Shown: piece after piece, positions 19,960 to 30,252 of the stretch
Layout of the letters: every line of letters begins with the position of its first letter
Position numbering within the stretch: the stretch's first letter is position 1
Origin: an uncultured delta proteobacterium
GTDB taxonomy: Bacteria > Desulfobacterota > Binatia > UBA9968
DNA: 64,000 nt
Direction of reading: 5' to 3'
Assembly (NCBI GenBank): GCA_963760795.1
Contig: CAVXEP010000004.1
Location: forward strand, 64,001-128,000
The notes under the pieces: generated by a model
Database searches by the model: none
The model's input: the letters and a program-made list of their open reading frames with translations, nothing else
Told to the model about the DNA's origin: nothing
Made by a program: the position numbers and the translations under genes

Positions 19960-20923
19960 CTACTTTCTTTCCGGCGAGAAAAAACTATCCAGCAGCCGTT
20001 TGCGCAGCGCCGCCTCGCCGCCCGGCAGCACATCGAACTTGGTGGTTTGATCGGTCTTTTTCAGAATGCGCTGGCCTTCGGCATCGTCGTGCATGGCGAC
20101 CAACACGTCATTGAGCTGGCCGACAAGCTGCGGCGCAAGATCGCTGCGCACCGAAAGCAGATGGCGCGGTAGTTTGTCGGTGTGCGCCAGAATCACGATC
20201 GCGGATTTTCTTTTTTCATCCAGGCCATTGTAATCATCGTCGCTGATCGCCCCCGCGGCCACTTGTTGGGTCAGCACCGCCTCGATCAGCTTGCTGCGCA
20301 GGTAAGCGAATGAATATTGGATATCCGTCGCTTCCTACGTTCGGATCGTAGCCTTTCTTCTCCACCAATTTGTAACCGTTGCGCGATAGAAACAATTTTG
20401 GCATGAGATAGCCGGAGCTCGAGCCGGGATCTTCAAAGATCATCGTCTTGCCGCGCAAATCGGCAAGCTGCTTGATGGCGCCATCGCGTTTGGTGAAAAT
20501 CAGGCTTTGATACTCCGCCTGGCCGCCCTTCCAGCGCCGCAAAAGCGTCCTACCGGCGCCGTGAACATAGTTGATCGTGTAGGTCGGGTAGACGCTTTCC
20601 ATATAGTAATCCACCCGCCGCTGCTCCAGCAGCCTGGCCAACTCGAATGGCGTCGGCGCGATGACGACCTTGGCGCCGGCTTCCGCACCCGGCGCGATGC
20701 GCCGCGACACATAACGGACAAAGTCGCCGAAATGCTCTTCGATGGCCGACTTGTTGATCTCGGAGACCAAGCCAAGCTGCAGCGCTTTGACTTCATTGTT
20801 CTTTGAACTCTGGCCAATGGCTGCGCCACCGGTCGGGCTCGTCAACGCCAGTGCCAAAGCGAAACCGCAGCGCCACGCTTTCCGGCGAAACATCCCACGC
20901 CGCGCGCCGTCAATCACTGCCAT
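19960..20923 (-). CDS. PhnD/SsuA-type substrate-binding protein, frameshifted near 20295-20327
   Basis: YQSLIF, LADLRGK, DPGSSSGYLMP; C-terminus in ORF 19960-20277 (LPRHLLSVRSDL); start uncertain. Confidence 0.75.
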
Positions 20924-20960
20924 CGGCGCATCGCGCTTGGATGGCGCGATAAATAGATCC

Positions 20961-22147
20961 CTAACTGACATAAACGATATTCGGCACATGTTCGCGTAAC
21001 TCCCCGGCATTGACCAATCGCTCAACCACGTCGACATGAACCAGACGATTGTGCGCCCGATCACGCATCAGGTTGGGCGGATCTTCGCCACGTAAAGCGG
21101 TTTCAATCGCGTTCTTCCATAACTTTCGCACCAGGATCACCCCCCGGTCCGAATGGCCGAGATGCTCGCGGCTGCGATCGACCAGCGAACCTTGACCGAC
21201 CTGGGCGGCATTGTCCTGGCCGTTGATCGACGCCATGTCCCATTGCCGGCGCGTGCCGCGCATCAGCGGCGCCGGTTTGGGCCGCGCCTGTTTCTCTTGG
21301 TTGCCGCGTTTACCATTGGCGTCGGGAAAAAATTTCAGCGTGAAGGTGCGCGTGTTATGGTCGTCGATGGGCATGCGCCAAGCGACGTCAACCATCTCGG
21401 CCAACGGATCGCCGGGCAACGTGCCGCCGTGATGCACCACCATGATCGGCGGGACGTAGGCGACTTCGCGATGCCACTCGGTGCCGGCTTGCGGTCCTTT
21501 GCGCCGGGCGACGTAGTAGGCCATGGTCTCGGTCATCGTCACATTGAAATCCGGCGTCTCCATCCATTCCGGCGCCGCGGGGAAACCATGCACCGCCCGG
21601 CCATGCAGGATCGTCGCATGCACCGGATCGAGGGCGTTCTCGACCTGCTGCATGTAGTTGCACTCACGAACGTAACTGGGAAAGTTCGCTCGCCGTCGTC
21701 ACGCACGAGAAAATGGTAGTTGGGCAACTCCGGCGGCTCGCCTTGTCCCATAAACGCCCAGATCATGCCGCCCAACTCGCGCACTGAATAAGCCTTGAGA
21801 CGAATCTTGTCTTTGAAATTGCTTCCGCCGGCTCGCCGGGCTGCTCCAAACAACGTCCAGTGCACATCGAAAACCCAGCCATGGTAGCAGCAGCGAATGC
21901 CGCCAGCTTCGATCCAGCCATAATCGAGAGACGTGCCGCGATGCGGACAGTTGGGCTCGGTCAAACCGACGCGGCCGAACTCGTCGCGAAACAGCAACAG
22001 CTCTTCACCCAACCAGCGCACCAGTTTGGGCGCGTCGGAACTAATCTCGCTCGACAACCCAACCGGCAACCAATATTTTCTCAAGGTATCGCCCGCCGGC
22101 GTGCCTGGGCCGACTCGGGCGATGAGTTCGTTTTCAGAGGATTCCAT
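20961..22147 (-). CDS. Rieske oxygenase alpha subunit (third paralogue), about three indels; sequence error or pseudogene
   Basis: CPHRG...CCYHGW, ENALDPVHATILH, QDNAAQVGQG; shifts near 21862, 21825 and 21675. Confidence 0.8.
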
Positions 22148-22237
22148 CTTCGCGACCTCGTACCGTTCGCATAACCTGTTTACCCCAGCCTGTCAAAACA
22201 TCGTGGCACAAGCCGCCTAAAGAACTCAATGACTTAG

Positions 22238-22512
22238 TCAGCACGAAGGCACGAAGAGCACGAAGTACGAAACCATTTTTGTCCGAAACCTTCGTGCCCT
22301 TCGTGCCTCCTTCGAAAATACAGGTGAGGGGATGATATCCACAACGAAGAGCCTCCGGAGTTTCGTCATACCCGCGAAAGCGGTATCCAGGCTAATTGGG
22401 CACAGACCAAACCTGGCTTCCCGCGTGCGCGGGAATGACGAGTCGAGGAGGGAGTTCCCTCGATTTTCATTCTCCGTGGGCGTGCGTGAGATCATGATTA
22501 ACTTCGTGGTGA
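22238..22512. repeat. Composite nested repeat
   Basis: CACGAAG-type inverted element with right arm split by about 195 nt that contains a CGTCAT..CCAG pair (22364-22440). Confidence 0.65.
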
Positions 22513-22539
22513 GATGGAATTTTCTCCTAAACGACGATG

Positions 22540-23778
22540 CTACTTATCCAGGGTTTCTTTACTGACAAAAGCGAGAAGCAGCGCCGACAACAAGAGCAGC
22601 GGCGCGTAAACCAAAAACGGCATACCGGGATTGAACGTGTTCGCCAGATAGCCGGCAAAGAGCGGCGCCGCGCCGCTGCCCATCTCAGCGATGGTACGGC
22701 GCAGCGCTTGCAGCCGCCCGCGCACATGGGCCGGCGCGACATCGTAAGTGGACGTCGCCAGCGAGCCGAGGGATAATCCCTGGGCCACACCGACGATGCC
22801 GACAAGCATCGCCAGCTGCATGAAACTCGTGGTCATGGGGATCAAGAAGAAAATCAGCGCCGGGATGGCTGTGCTCGGCACCGTGCACCACTTACGGCCG
22901 ACCCGGTCCATCAAGAAGCCGCCGGGAATCATCACGGCAAAAATCACCATGCCGGATATCGAAAACAGCATGCCGATCTCGCTCGGCGACAGATGCAAGT
23001 AGCGCACCGCGTATAACGGCAGCATGCTTTGAACGATGATACGTTGCGATTGATTGACCAAGGTCGCGAACACGATGGAACAATAGGTCGAACGCAGATC
23101 GACGCGAATTTCCCGATAGAGCAGCGCCAGCGCGCCGATTCTCTGTTTGACGCCGGCGACACTCCAACCGGTCAACCCACCAGCCGCCGGCGCGCGGCCA
23201 TGGGCTTCACCTGGCGAGTCGGTGACCAACAGCCCCAAGAACACCGAGGCCGCACTGACAACCGCGTAACCGACAAATGCCGCCCGGTAATTGAACAGTT
23301 CAGTCAACCAGCCGCCGATAAGCGGGCAGACCGCCGCGCCGATGGTATGGGCGCCATGCAGACTGCTGACAATCCGACCGCGCTGGCCGCGTTGCGCCTG
23401 GTCGATGGCGGCGATTTCCCGGGCCACCGCGCCGAGGGTATCGGTCGCCCCTAAGACAAAAGCGAAAAATACCAGCAACCAAAACCACGCCACCCAAGCG
23501 GCGCAAAACGAAGCCAGCGCAGCAACTAGCGCCGAGCCCACCAAGGCGAAGCGCGTGCCTTTGCGGTCGAGCAACACTCCGCCCAGCACCGTGCCGGCCA
23601 TCTTGCCGAAGGCGAAACCAGTGATCACCTGCGCCGCCCCGCCCGCCGACACGCCAAATTCCCCCGCCAGCACCGGGATCGTCGGAATGATCATCGCCCA
23701 AGCGCCGGAAAAAAAAGTGCTGACGTAGAGTGCGATCAGGCTGCGCAAGCTGGAAGTTTTTTGCGTGACATTAGCCAT
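22540..23778 (-). CDS. MFS transporter
   Basis: GVLLDRKG.R and GFLMDRVGRK motifs; about 12 TM segments. Confidence 0.9.
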   Translation of the reverse strand: MANVTQKTSSLRSLIALYVSTFFSGAWAMIIPTIPVLAGEFGVSAGGAAQVITGFAFGKMAGTVLGGVLLDRKGTRFALVGSALVAALASFCAAWVAWFWLLVFFAFVLGATDTLGAVAREIAAIDQAQRGQRGRIVSSLHGAHTIGAAVCPLIGGWLTELFNYRAAFVGYAVVSAASVFLGLLVTDSPGEAHGRAPAAGGLTGWSVAGVKQRIGALALLYREIRVDLRSTYCSIVFATLVNQSQRIIVQSMLPLYAVRYLHLSPSEIGMLFSISGMVIFAVMIPGGFLMDRVGRKWCTVPSTAIPALIFFLIPMTTSFMQLAMLVGIVGVAQGLSLGSLATSTYDVAPAHVRGRLQALRRTIAEMGSGAAPLFAGYLANTFNPGMPFLVYAPLLLLSALLLAFVSKETLDK

Positions 23779-23895
23779 GATGAAATTTCTTTAGCGTGAC
23801 ATTTTTCGACGCGAATCTACGTAAGGAGTCAGGAGTGAACAGCTGCCCGACGGAGATCGGACACTCACCCCTTACCCTTCACGCCTAACTCTCTT

Positions 23896-25131
23896 CTATC
23901 TTTCCAACGTTTCCCGCCCGGCCAGCGCCAAATAGACCGCGGCGAATAGTAGAATCGGCACGTAAACCAAAAACGGCACGCCGGGATTGAAGCGCGTCGC
24001 CAAATAACCGCCGACCAGCGGCGCGAGAGTCCCGCCCATTTCGGCGATCATGCGCCGGGCCGCTTGCAAACGGCCGCGGGCGTGGGCCGGCACGACGTCG
24101 AACGTCGACACCGACATGGAGCCTAGCGATAGACCGTTGCAAATCCCGGTGAGCGCCAGCATCGCCGCCAACTGCGTGAAACTATCGGTAAACGGGATCA
24201 GCAAAAATGCCAGCGCCGGCAAACCCGTGCTCGGCACGGTGGCCCACTTGCGGCCGACTTTGTCCATGATAATGCCCGACGGAATGATCATGACAAAGAC
24301 GAAGGCGCCGGCGATCGAAAATAGTAAACCCACCTGCGACGGCGAGAAATTGAGATGCGCGCCGGCATAGAGCGGCAACATGCTCTGCAGCGTGATCCGG
24401 TAGGAATGGCTCGCCCAGGTCGCCACCACTAACGCGATATAGGTAGAGCGCAGCCCAGGACGAATTTCCAAGAACAGCGCGCCCAAGCCGCGCACCCGTT
24501 CACCTATGGCAGCGAGCGACCAACCGGTGCGGCCAATAGTTTTCGGCGCGGCGTAATGCTCCGCTTTGGCAACCGGCGCTCCGAACCCAAGCAGCACCGA
24601 CAGCGCGGCAAAAATCCCGTAGGCGAAAAACGCCGCGTGAAAATCGTACTGCTCGGTGAGCACGCCGCCGAGCCATGGGCAGAGCGCCGTACCGGCATTG
24701 TGCGTGCCGTGCAACGTCGACAAGACCCGGCCGCGCTGGTTCTGGCGCGCCAGGTCGACGCCGGCAACTTCACGTCCCAATGCCCAAATGCTGTCACCCA
24801 TGCCCATGACGAAGCAGAAGAATAAGAGCGCCGGCAGCCACGGTAACAGCGCGGCGATGAACGCCGCGGCGCTCACCAGCGCTGCGCCGCCAACCACCAC
24901 CGCGCGCACACCCATCTTATCCAACAGCACACCGCTGATCGGCGTGCCGGTGAAGCGGCCCAGCGCCATCGCCGTGACAATCTGCGCCGCCGCGCCGGGA
25001 GTGACATTAAAATGGCTGGCGAGCACCGGAATGGTCGGAATCACCATGGTCCAGGCCCCGGAGAGCAAACTACCGCCGTACAACGCGCCCAGACCGCGCA
25101 CCGTCGTGTTTGATCGCAAGGCGTCAAACAT
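23896..25131 (-). CDS. MFS transporter (tandem paralogue)
   Basis: GVLLDKMG.R, MDKVGRKWATVPST; colinear with its neighbour. Confidence 0.9.
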   Translation of the reverse strand: MFDALRSNTTVRGLGALYGGSLLSGAWTMVIPTIPVLASHFNVTPGAAAQIVTAMALGRFTGTPISGVLLDKMGVRAVVVGGAALVSAAAFIAALLPWLPALLFFCFVMGMGDSIWALGREVAGVDLARQNQRGRVLSTLHGTHNAGTALCPWLGGVLTEQYDFHAAFFAYGIFAALSVLLGFGAPVAKAEHYAAPKTIGRTGWSLAAIGERVRGLGALFLEIRPGLRSTYIALVVATWASHSYRITLQSMLPLYAGAHLNFSPSQVGLLFSIAGAFVFVMIIPSGIIMDKVGRKWATVPSTGLPALAFLLIPFTDSFTQLAAMLALTGICNGLSLGSMSVSTFDVVPAHARGRLQAARRMIAEMGGTLAPLVGGYLATRFNPGVPFLVYVPILLFAAVYLALAGRETLER

Positions 25132-25194
25132 GGGCCAAATGATTTAGCCCTTGAAGCAGTTTTTGTATCATCGCACTTGGAGTTAAATCAGCAG

Positions 25195-25222
25195 TGTCAT
25201 CCCGAGCAAAGCGAGGGATCTC
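25195..25222. repeat. TGTCAT..GAGC REP-like unit
   Basis: TGTCATCCCGAGCAAAGCGAGGGATCTC; degenerate relatives near 34600-34661. Confidence 0.5.
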
Positions 25223-25241
25223 GTCTTAAAAGCGCCGAACT

Positions 25242-26192
25242 CTATCTTGTCGCAGTCGCATACTTGGAATGTAACTCGCGCAGGAGCAAATCCAGCACCG
25301 GATGGCTGGTATCCTTCGGCAGCTTTTTCAAATCTTCGATCAGCGTACGCAGGCCCGGCGCCTTCTCAGCCAGCGCGGCGATGGCGTCGAAGTAACGGTA
25401 GTAGGCCAGATCATGACTGAGCTTGGCTTCCAACACCGTGCCGCTATGTTGCCCGCGCGTCTGGCGTTCGAACTGGCGCTGATAAGCTGGATAGTTCGCC
25501 AGCCTATTTAAAATTTGCTGCTTGGCGTCGTCGACCTTCGCCGTGGCGAAAATCCGCTGCGCTTCCTCGACCAGCGCGACAAGTTCGCGCGACACTTTGC
25601 GTTCTTCGGCCAGCGACACCAGGGCGTTTTGCAAATCTTTCTCGTCGCCCTTGTGGCGCAAGTACTCGATCACCGCCAAAGAACCGAGTGGCGTGACGAT
25701 CGCCTCCTCGATCTCCCAAGGCAATGCGAAATTGACATCGCCATGCAGGTCTTCATGCAAAATTACTTTCGCCCGCCGCACCAACGCCTCCTCGGCGAAC
25801 CCAGCGGTCGCCACCGAGCGCGGATCGGCGAACTCACTACCTTGGCGGTGATACACGCTGTAGCCGTCGACCAGGTAGACTTGCTCCACCTTGGGCGCTT
25901 CTTTCTCGACATTGAGACCGATGGCCATGCGTATATCCACCGGCCCGCGCAGCGCCAAGGTCCCTTCACGCTGCATCCACAACCACAGCATGGACAGCGA
26001 CGCGCCGCCCTGGGAGGTTCGTCGCAGAGCCTCCGTCGGTTCGATGCCGAGAGTCTTGCCAAAAGCTTTGACATCTTCGATCAGACCGGCGGTCTCGCGC
26101 AGGCGAACAGAGTCGACGGTAGGGGCAATGGTGGAGCAAGACGATAACATCACGATAAAAAGCATCGCAACCGCAAGCCGGCTCAGAATCAT
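25242..26192 (-). CDS. Putative lipoprotein zinc metallopeptidase
   Basis: LSSC lipobox; ILHEDLH (HExxH) with downstream EIEEA. Confidence 0.6.
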   Translation of the reverse strand: MILSRLAVAMLFIVMLSSCSTIAPTVDSVRLRETAGLIEDVKAFGKTLGIEPTEALRRTSQGGASLSMLWLWMQREGTLALRGPVDIRMAIGLNVEKEAPKVEQVYLVDGYSVYHRQGSEFADPRSVATAGFAEEALVRRAKVILHEDLHGDVNFALPWEIEEAIVTPLGSLAVIEYLRHKGDEKDLQNALVSLAEERKVSRELVALVEEAQRIFATAKVDDAKQQILNRLANYPAYQRQFERQTRGQHSGTVLEAKLSHDLAYYRYFDAIAALAEKAPGLRTLIEDLKKLPKDTSHPVLDLLLRELHSKYATATR

Positions 26193-26228
26193 GAGATCAT
26201 CGCGCCGGTGCATTGGAAACGGAACATG

Positions 26229-26304
26229 CTTCGACACGCTCAGCATGAACGGAATAATTACTACCATTTCAAACCCCTCTCCGTCCGTCCTGAGCTTGTC
26301 GAAG
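26229..26304. repeat. CTTCGAC..GCTCAG REP-like inverted pair
   Basis: CTTCGACACGCTCAGCATGAACGG ... CCGTCCGTCCTGAGCTTGTCGAAG; half copy at 31502-31524. Confidence 0.7.
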
Positions 26305-26342
26305 GACTCCGAGAAGGTATTTCACCCGCTTATTGCGAATTT

Positions 26343-27224
26343 CTACGACGCAAATAGCGATGCGATCGGCGCCGTGTGCGGGATCTGCCCGACGTCGACG
26401 AGCAGCTGCATTTCCGCTTGAGCGAGCTTTTGTTCTTTCTCCGTGAAGGTGAACTCGATGCGCGGATAGCGCGCCGAGGCGAGCAGCGCTTCGCGGTCGC
26501 CTTCATAGCGCGTAAGAAATACGTCGGCGACCTCTTCGAGATGCGCTTCACTATAAGCGAAGGACTCGCGGAAAGCTCGCAGCAAAACATCTTTGATGCC
26601 GGGATTGTCGCGCAGCAGATCTTCCCGCGCGGCCACCATATGCTTGATCATCTCGTCGAAACCGGTGAGTTTTTGCCAGGCCTCGCCGTCGGTATACAGA
26701 CAGCGCACACCGGACGCGACCTCGCCGCGAAAAAAGAACTGGTCGAGCAGCACCACCGCGTCCGCCTTGCCGCCCTGCAACACACCAAGGAGCTTTTCCT
26801 GCGGATAACCTTCCCAGCGCAGCTTGTCGTCGTCGAGACCGTAAGCCCGGCGCAAGAGATATTTGTGAATCGCGTGCATGCCTTGATGGGTAGCGATAAG
26901 CCTCCCTTCGAGATCCTTCGGCGTTTGCACCGGGCCATCGGCAAGCACGAAAACGCCATTGCCCTTCAACGTCGACTTCCACTCGGTGGCGAGACCGAGA
27001 ATCGGCGCGCCCTGCAACTTGCGCCGGAGAAAATTCGGCAAATAAAGATTCGCCGCCTCAACGTCGCCATTAATCAGCGCGTCCTCCTGCTCTTTGCTCG
27101 GCGGATCGGGCAGCTCGATGACTTTCATGTTGATGCCGTCCGCCTTCACCTTGCCGATAGCCAAGGCGTAGTAGGTGCGGAACATGCAGAAGCGGTTACG
27201 GTAGTGGGCGAAGGTCAAGTCCAT
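26343..27224 (-). CDS. MqnA/MqnD-like SBP-fold protein without signal peptide
   Basis: MDLTFAH...YYALAIGKV resembles the MqnD N-terminus; PKDLEGR.IA, GKADAVVL; the upstream ORF extension is repeat DNA. Confidence 0.6.
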   Translation of the reverse strand: MDLTFAHYRNRFCMFRTYYALAIGKVKADGINMKVIELPDPPSKEQEDALINGDVEAANLYLPNFLRRKLQGAPILGLATEWKSTLKGNGVFVLADGPVQTPKDLEGRLIATHQGMHAIHKYLLRRAYGLDDDKLRWEGYPQEKLLGVLQGGKADAVVLLDQFFFRGEVASGVRCLYTDGEAWQKLTGFDEMIKHMVAAREDLLRDNPGIKDVLLRAFRESFAYSEAHLEEVADVFLTRYEGDREALLASARYPRIEFTFTEKEQKLAQAEMQLLVDVGQIPHTAPIASLFAS

Positions 27225-27284
27225 GAAAATGCCTTGTGCGAGTCTTTTCGCGGTGCGAAGGTGGTCGAGAGCAATATACTTTTC

Positions 27285-27358
27285 GTTCAACGGTTCAAGG
27301 TTCAAAGGTTCAATGTCAGAGAAGACCGGGCCGAACGTTGAACTTTTGAACATTGAAC
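27285..27358. repeat. GTTCAA/TTGAAC inverted tandem arrays
   Basis: GTTCAACGGTTCAAGGTTCAAAGGTTCAA ... TTGAACTTTTGAACATTGAAC. Confidence 0.75.
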
Positions 27359-27364
27359 AGCAGT

Positions 27365-28603
27365 TTATGTTTTTGCTACTTCTTCCTTTTTCCGGTTACA
27401 AATATCCAGCGCCGCCATGGCGTAGACTTTCGTGCAGTTCACCATGTTCGAGATGCCGACGCCGCGGCGCACGCCGGTGGGCGAATCCCACTCCTCGCCC
27501 GCCTTGGTCTCGGTCGGATCGACCAGATGGGTGCCGAAACCGGGACCGTAGGTGATCGCCGGCACGCCGTATTGGGCGATGCGCGAGCCGTCGCTGGTGA
27601 TACCGTAACGAATCGGCTTGGCGTAGGGCACCGGTCCTTTGAATACCGTGCGATGGGCGCTCTCCATCACTTTCACCAACGGTTCGCTCTTGGAGATCTC
27701 ATAGCCGGGGGTGGTGAGATAGAGTTCGACGCGAATGTCCAGGATATCGCTCTCGCGTTTGCGCACTCGCTCACAGACCGCTTCGATGTCGCGCTTGATC
27801 GCCAACGGCACGGCGCCGGGGAGCATCTTGACGATGACGAAGATGTCAGTCGTCGGCCGCGTGCCAGGCTTGAATGCATTGCCGCCGTCGATGGCGCCGA
27901 TCTGCACGGTGGGCAGCATGAACTTGTGGGGATTTTTGCGCTGGTATTCTTTCTCCCAGTCTTGAATCGCTTGGGCAACTTTGCACGCGGCGAGCACGAA
28001 CTTGGTCGCCTTGCCGTCGACGCTCACCCGCGCCCAGAGCAGACCGGAGTTGCCGATTTGCAGTTGCAAGCCGGTGGGCTCGCCGATGATGCACATGTCC
28101 GCCATCACGCCATGGTCCATCAAGTAGCGCGCGCCGACGCCGGCGCCGCGATACTCTTTGCCATGGAAGCGGCCGATTTGCGCCTTTTCGATTTCGCCGA
28201 CAACACCGGAGATAATCAAATCGCCCTTGAGTTTCGCGCCGGCTTTTTGCAGCGCCGACACTGCTTCGATGTAGCAGGGAAACGCCGCTTTCATGTTGAC
28301 CAAACCGCGGCCGTAGATGCGGTCCTCGTCGACCACGGTCTCCTGCGGCGCGTCGAAGTGATCCATATGCGCGTTGAACATCAAGGTCGCGCCGCCGCCC
28401 GTGCCTTTGAGCGTGCCGATGACATTGGGCCGGCCGTCTTCGACATATTGATACTCGACTTTCATGCCGAGTGTTTCGAACTCGCTGCCGAGATACTTGG
28501 CGACGTTCTCCTCGCCGCCGGTGATGCTGACGATGTTGGCGAGATTGCTCGCCATCTCGACTATGCGCTCGCGGTCGACCTGGTCCAAAACTTCTTGCTG
28601 CAT
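27365..28603 (-). CDS. M20/M25/M40 metallohydrolase (ArgE/DapE-like)
   Basis: GRPNVIG, FNAHMD, IYGRG, IGEPT, YGPG. Confidence 0.85.
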   Translation of the reverse strand: MQQEVLDQVDRERIVEMASNLANIVSITGGEENVAKYLGSEFETLGMKVEYQYVEDGRPNVIGTLKGTGGGATLMFNAHMDHFDAPQETVVDEDRIYGRGLVNMKAAFPCYIEAVSALQKAGAKLKGDLIISGVVGEIEKAQIGRFHGKEYRGAGVGARYLMDHGVMADMCIIGEPTGLQLQIGNSGLLWARVSVDGKATKFVLAACKVAQAIQDWEKEYQRKNPHKFMLPTVQIGAIDGGNAFKPGTRPTTDIFVIVKMLPGAVPLAIKRDIEAVCERVRKRESDILDIRVELYLTTPGYEISKSEPLVKVMESAHRTVFKGPVPYAKPIRYGITSDGSRIAQYGVPAITYGPGFGTHLVDPTETKAGEEWDSPTGVRRGVGISNMVNCTKVYAMAALDICNRKKEEVAKT

Positions 28604-28711
28604 GGGAAGCTCCTATTAATTGTTGGAAATTGTTAGGTCGTGAAACAATTTTTGTATCACAGCCGTTCGGCGAGTGACAACAAAGCCGATAAAATTCTCG
28701 CGAGCCATTCG

Positions 28712-28750
28712 AAAATCTCCCTTTTTAAAGGGAGATTTAGAGGGATTTTT
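28712..28750. repeat. CCCTTT..AAAGGG repeat family
   Basis: 28716-28750 matches 51432-51466 at 34 of 35 nt. Confidence 0.75.
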
Positions 28751-28831
28751 CCTGCCTAGCGCGATTTGAACCAAGCGCCGACGAAATGGCCGCGAAACTA
28801 ACGAGCCCGACTCAAGAATCAGGACTCTATA

Positions 28832-29845
28832 TCACGGCAGCGGGCAAGGCCGCGTCAGCCGATTGATCTGCGGAATCACCTCAGCGCCGAAACGCTCGAT
28901 GGTTTCTAAAGTAAAGCGCGGGTCCATGCCCGGCCAGTCGACCATGAACCACATCACCTCGGTGTTGAACTCCTCGTAATAGGACATCACTTGGTCGACT
29001 ACTTCCGCCGGGCTGCCAAGAATCAAGCGGTCGCGTTTCAATTCGTCGAACTTGAGATCGTAGCGTTCGCCCGGCTGGCCCCATTGCTGGTAACGCAAGT
29101 AGCGCCGCTCGTAACCTTCGCGGATACGATCTTCAGCTTCCCGCGTGCTGTCGGCGATGCACAGATCGCGAAAAATAAACAAGCCTTTGTACGGCCGACC
29201 CTGCTTCTCCAGCGCCGCTTTGTAGACCGGCAACGCTTCGCGCAAGAAGCCCTTGGAGTGGCGCCGGCTGGCGATCCAGTGGTCCGCCACCTCCGGCACT
29301 TTGGCGACGGTCCTGACCGAATCGGCGCCGAGCAAGATCGGCGGACCGGGAACCTGAACCGGCCTGGGCGCCATCGTCACTTTGTCGAGATGGAAATACT
29401 TGCCATGAAAGGTCACGGCGTCGCCGGTCCAAAGCCGGCGGATAATCTCGACACTCTCGACTAACCGGCCGCGCCGCTCGCGGAGATCGATGCCGAAGGA
29501 TTTGAACTCGCTTTCGCGATAACCCTGGCCGACGCCGAAGAGAAGTTTGCCGCCGGATAGATTGTCCAGCGTAGACATATATTCGGCGACCATCACCGGA
29601 TGATGCAACGGCAACAAGAAAATCGAAGTGCCGACGTACATGCCCGGCACCCGGCCGGCCAGATAAGACAGCAACGGTAGCGACTGCAAGATCGCCGCAT
29701 CCGGCCCGGTGAGAAAATGCTGGGCGACGAACAGCGCCTCGAAATTATTTCGCTGCGCCACCTGCGCCCGCTCGACAACCTGCTCACACACCTTCGCCGC
29801 CGGCAAATCCGACGGGTAACTGCCAAACTCAAGTCCGAATCGCAT
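28832..29845 (-). CDS. LLM-class (luciferase-like) flavin-dependent oxidoreductase
   Basis: LLPLHHPV.VAE...LDNLSGG...GVGQGYR, PRPVQ.PGPPI, GSPAEV. Confidence 0.9.
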   Translation of the reverse strand: MRFGLEFGSYPSDLPAAKVCEQVVERAQVAQRNNFEALFVAQHFLTGPDAAILQSLPLLSYLAGRVPGMYVGTSIFLLPLHHPVMVAEYMSTLDNLSGGKLLFGVGQGYRESEFKSFGIDLRERRGRLVESVEIIRRLWTGDAVTFHGKYFHLDKVTMAPRPVQVPGPPILLGADSVRTVAKVPEVADHWIASRRHSKGFLREALPVYKAALEKQGRPYKGLFIFRDLCIADSTREAEDRIREGYERRYLRYQQWGQPGERYDLKFDELKRDRLILGSPAEVVDQVMSYYEEFNTEVMWFMVDWPGMDPRFTLETIERFGAEVIPQINRLTRPCPLP

Positions 29846-30252
29846 AGTTAACTATCTCCTCACGATAATCTTTGCCCACGTAAGGACCATGCTGCGCGCC
29901 GCGCGACAAGTCAAACCAGGTAATGGCGCGCAGAAATATTTCACGGCCGCCGCGATTAGCGCGTTCGATCATCCTTCCTGAATTACGCTCTCGATAGGAA
30001 TTGGCATGGATTGCGAAGGTGTACTGTCGGGTGTCCCCACGCCGTCCTTACAGTTGCGTGAACCGCGCGAGCAGACAAAACTAGGGGTGTTCAGACTTTT
30101 ATGTTACGACGAACCTATAAGATTAAAGTCCGCCCCTTATCCCTAATGACCCGATCCCTTGACGTGGTACACGTCTTTGAACGTGCACTGCCTGGAAAGC
30201 CTGCGCACGGCCAAGAGCTGACCGTGGCAAGAGTTCTCCGATCGCCGGCTTT

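Noticed and set aside
27225-27353. N-terminal extensions of ORFs 26343-27353, 25242-26267 and 51425-53404
   Set aside because: The extensions translate intergenic repeat DNA; downstream starts fit better
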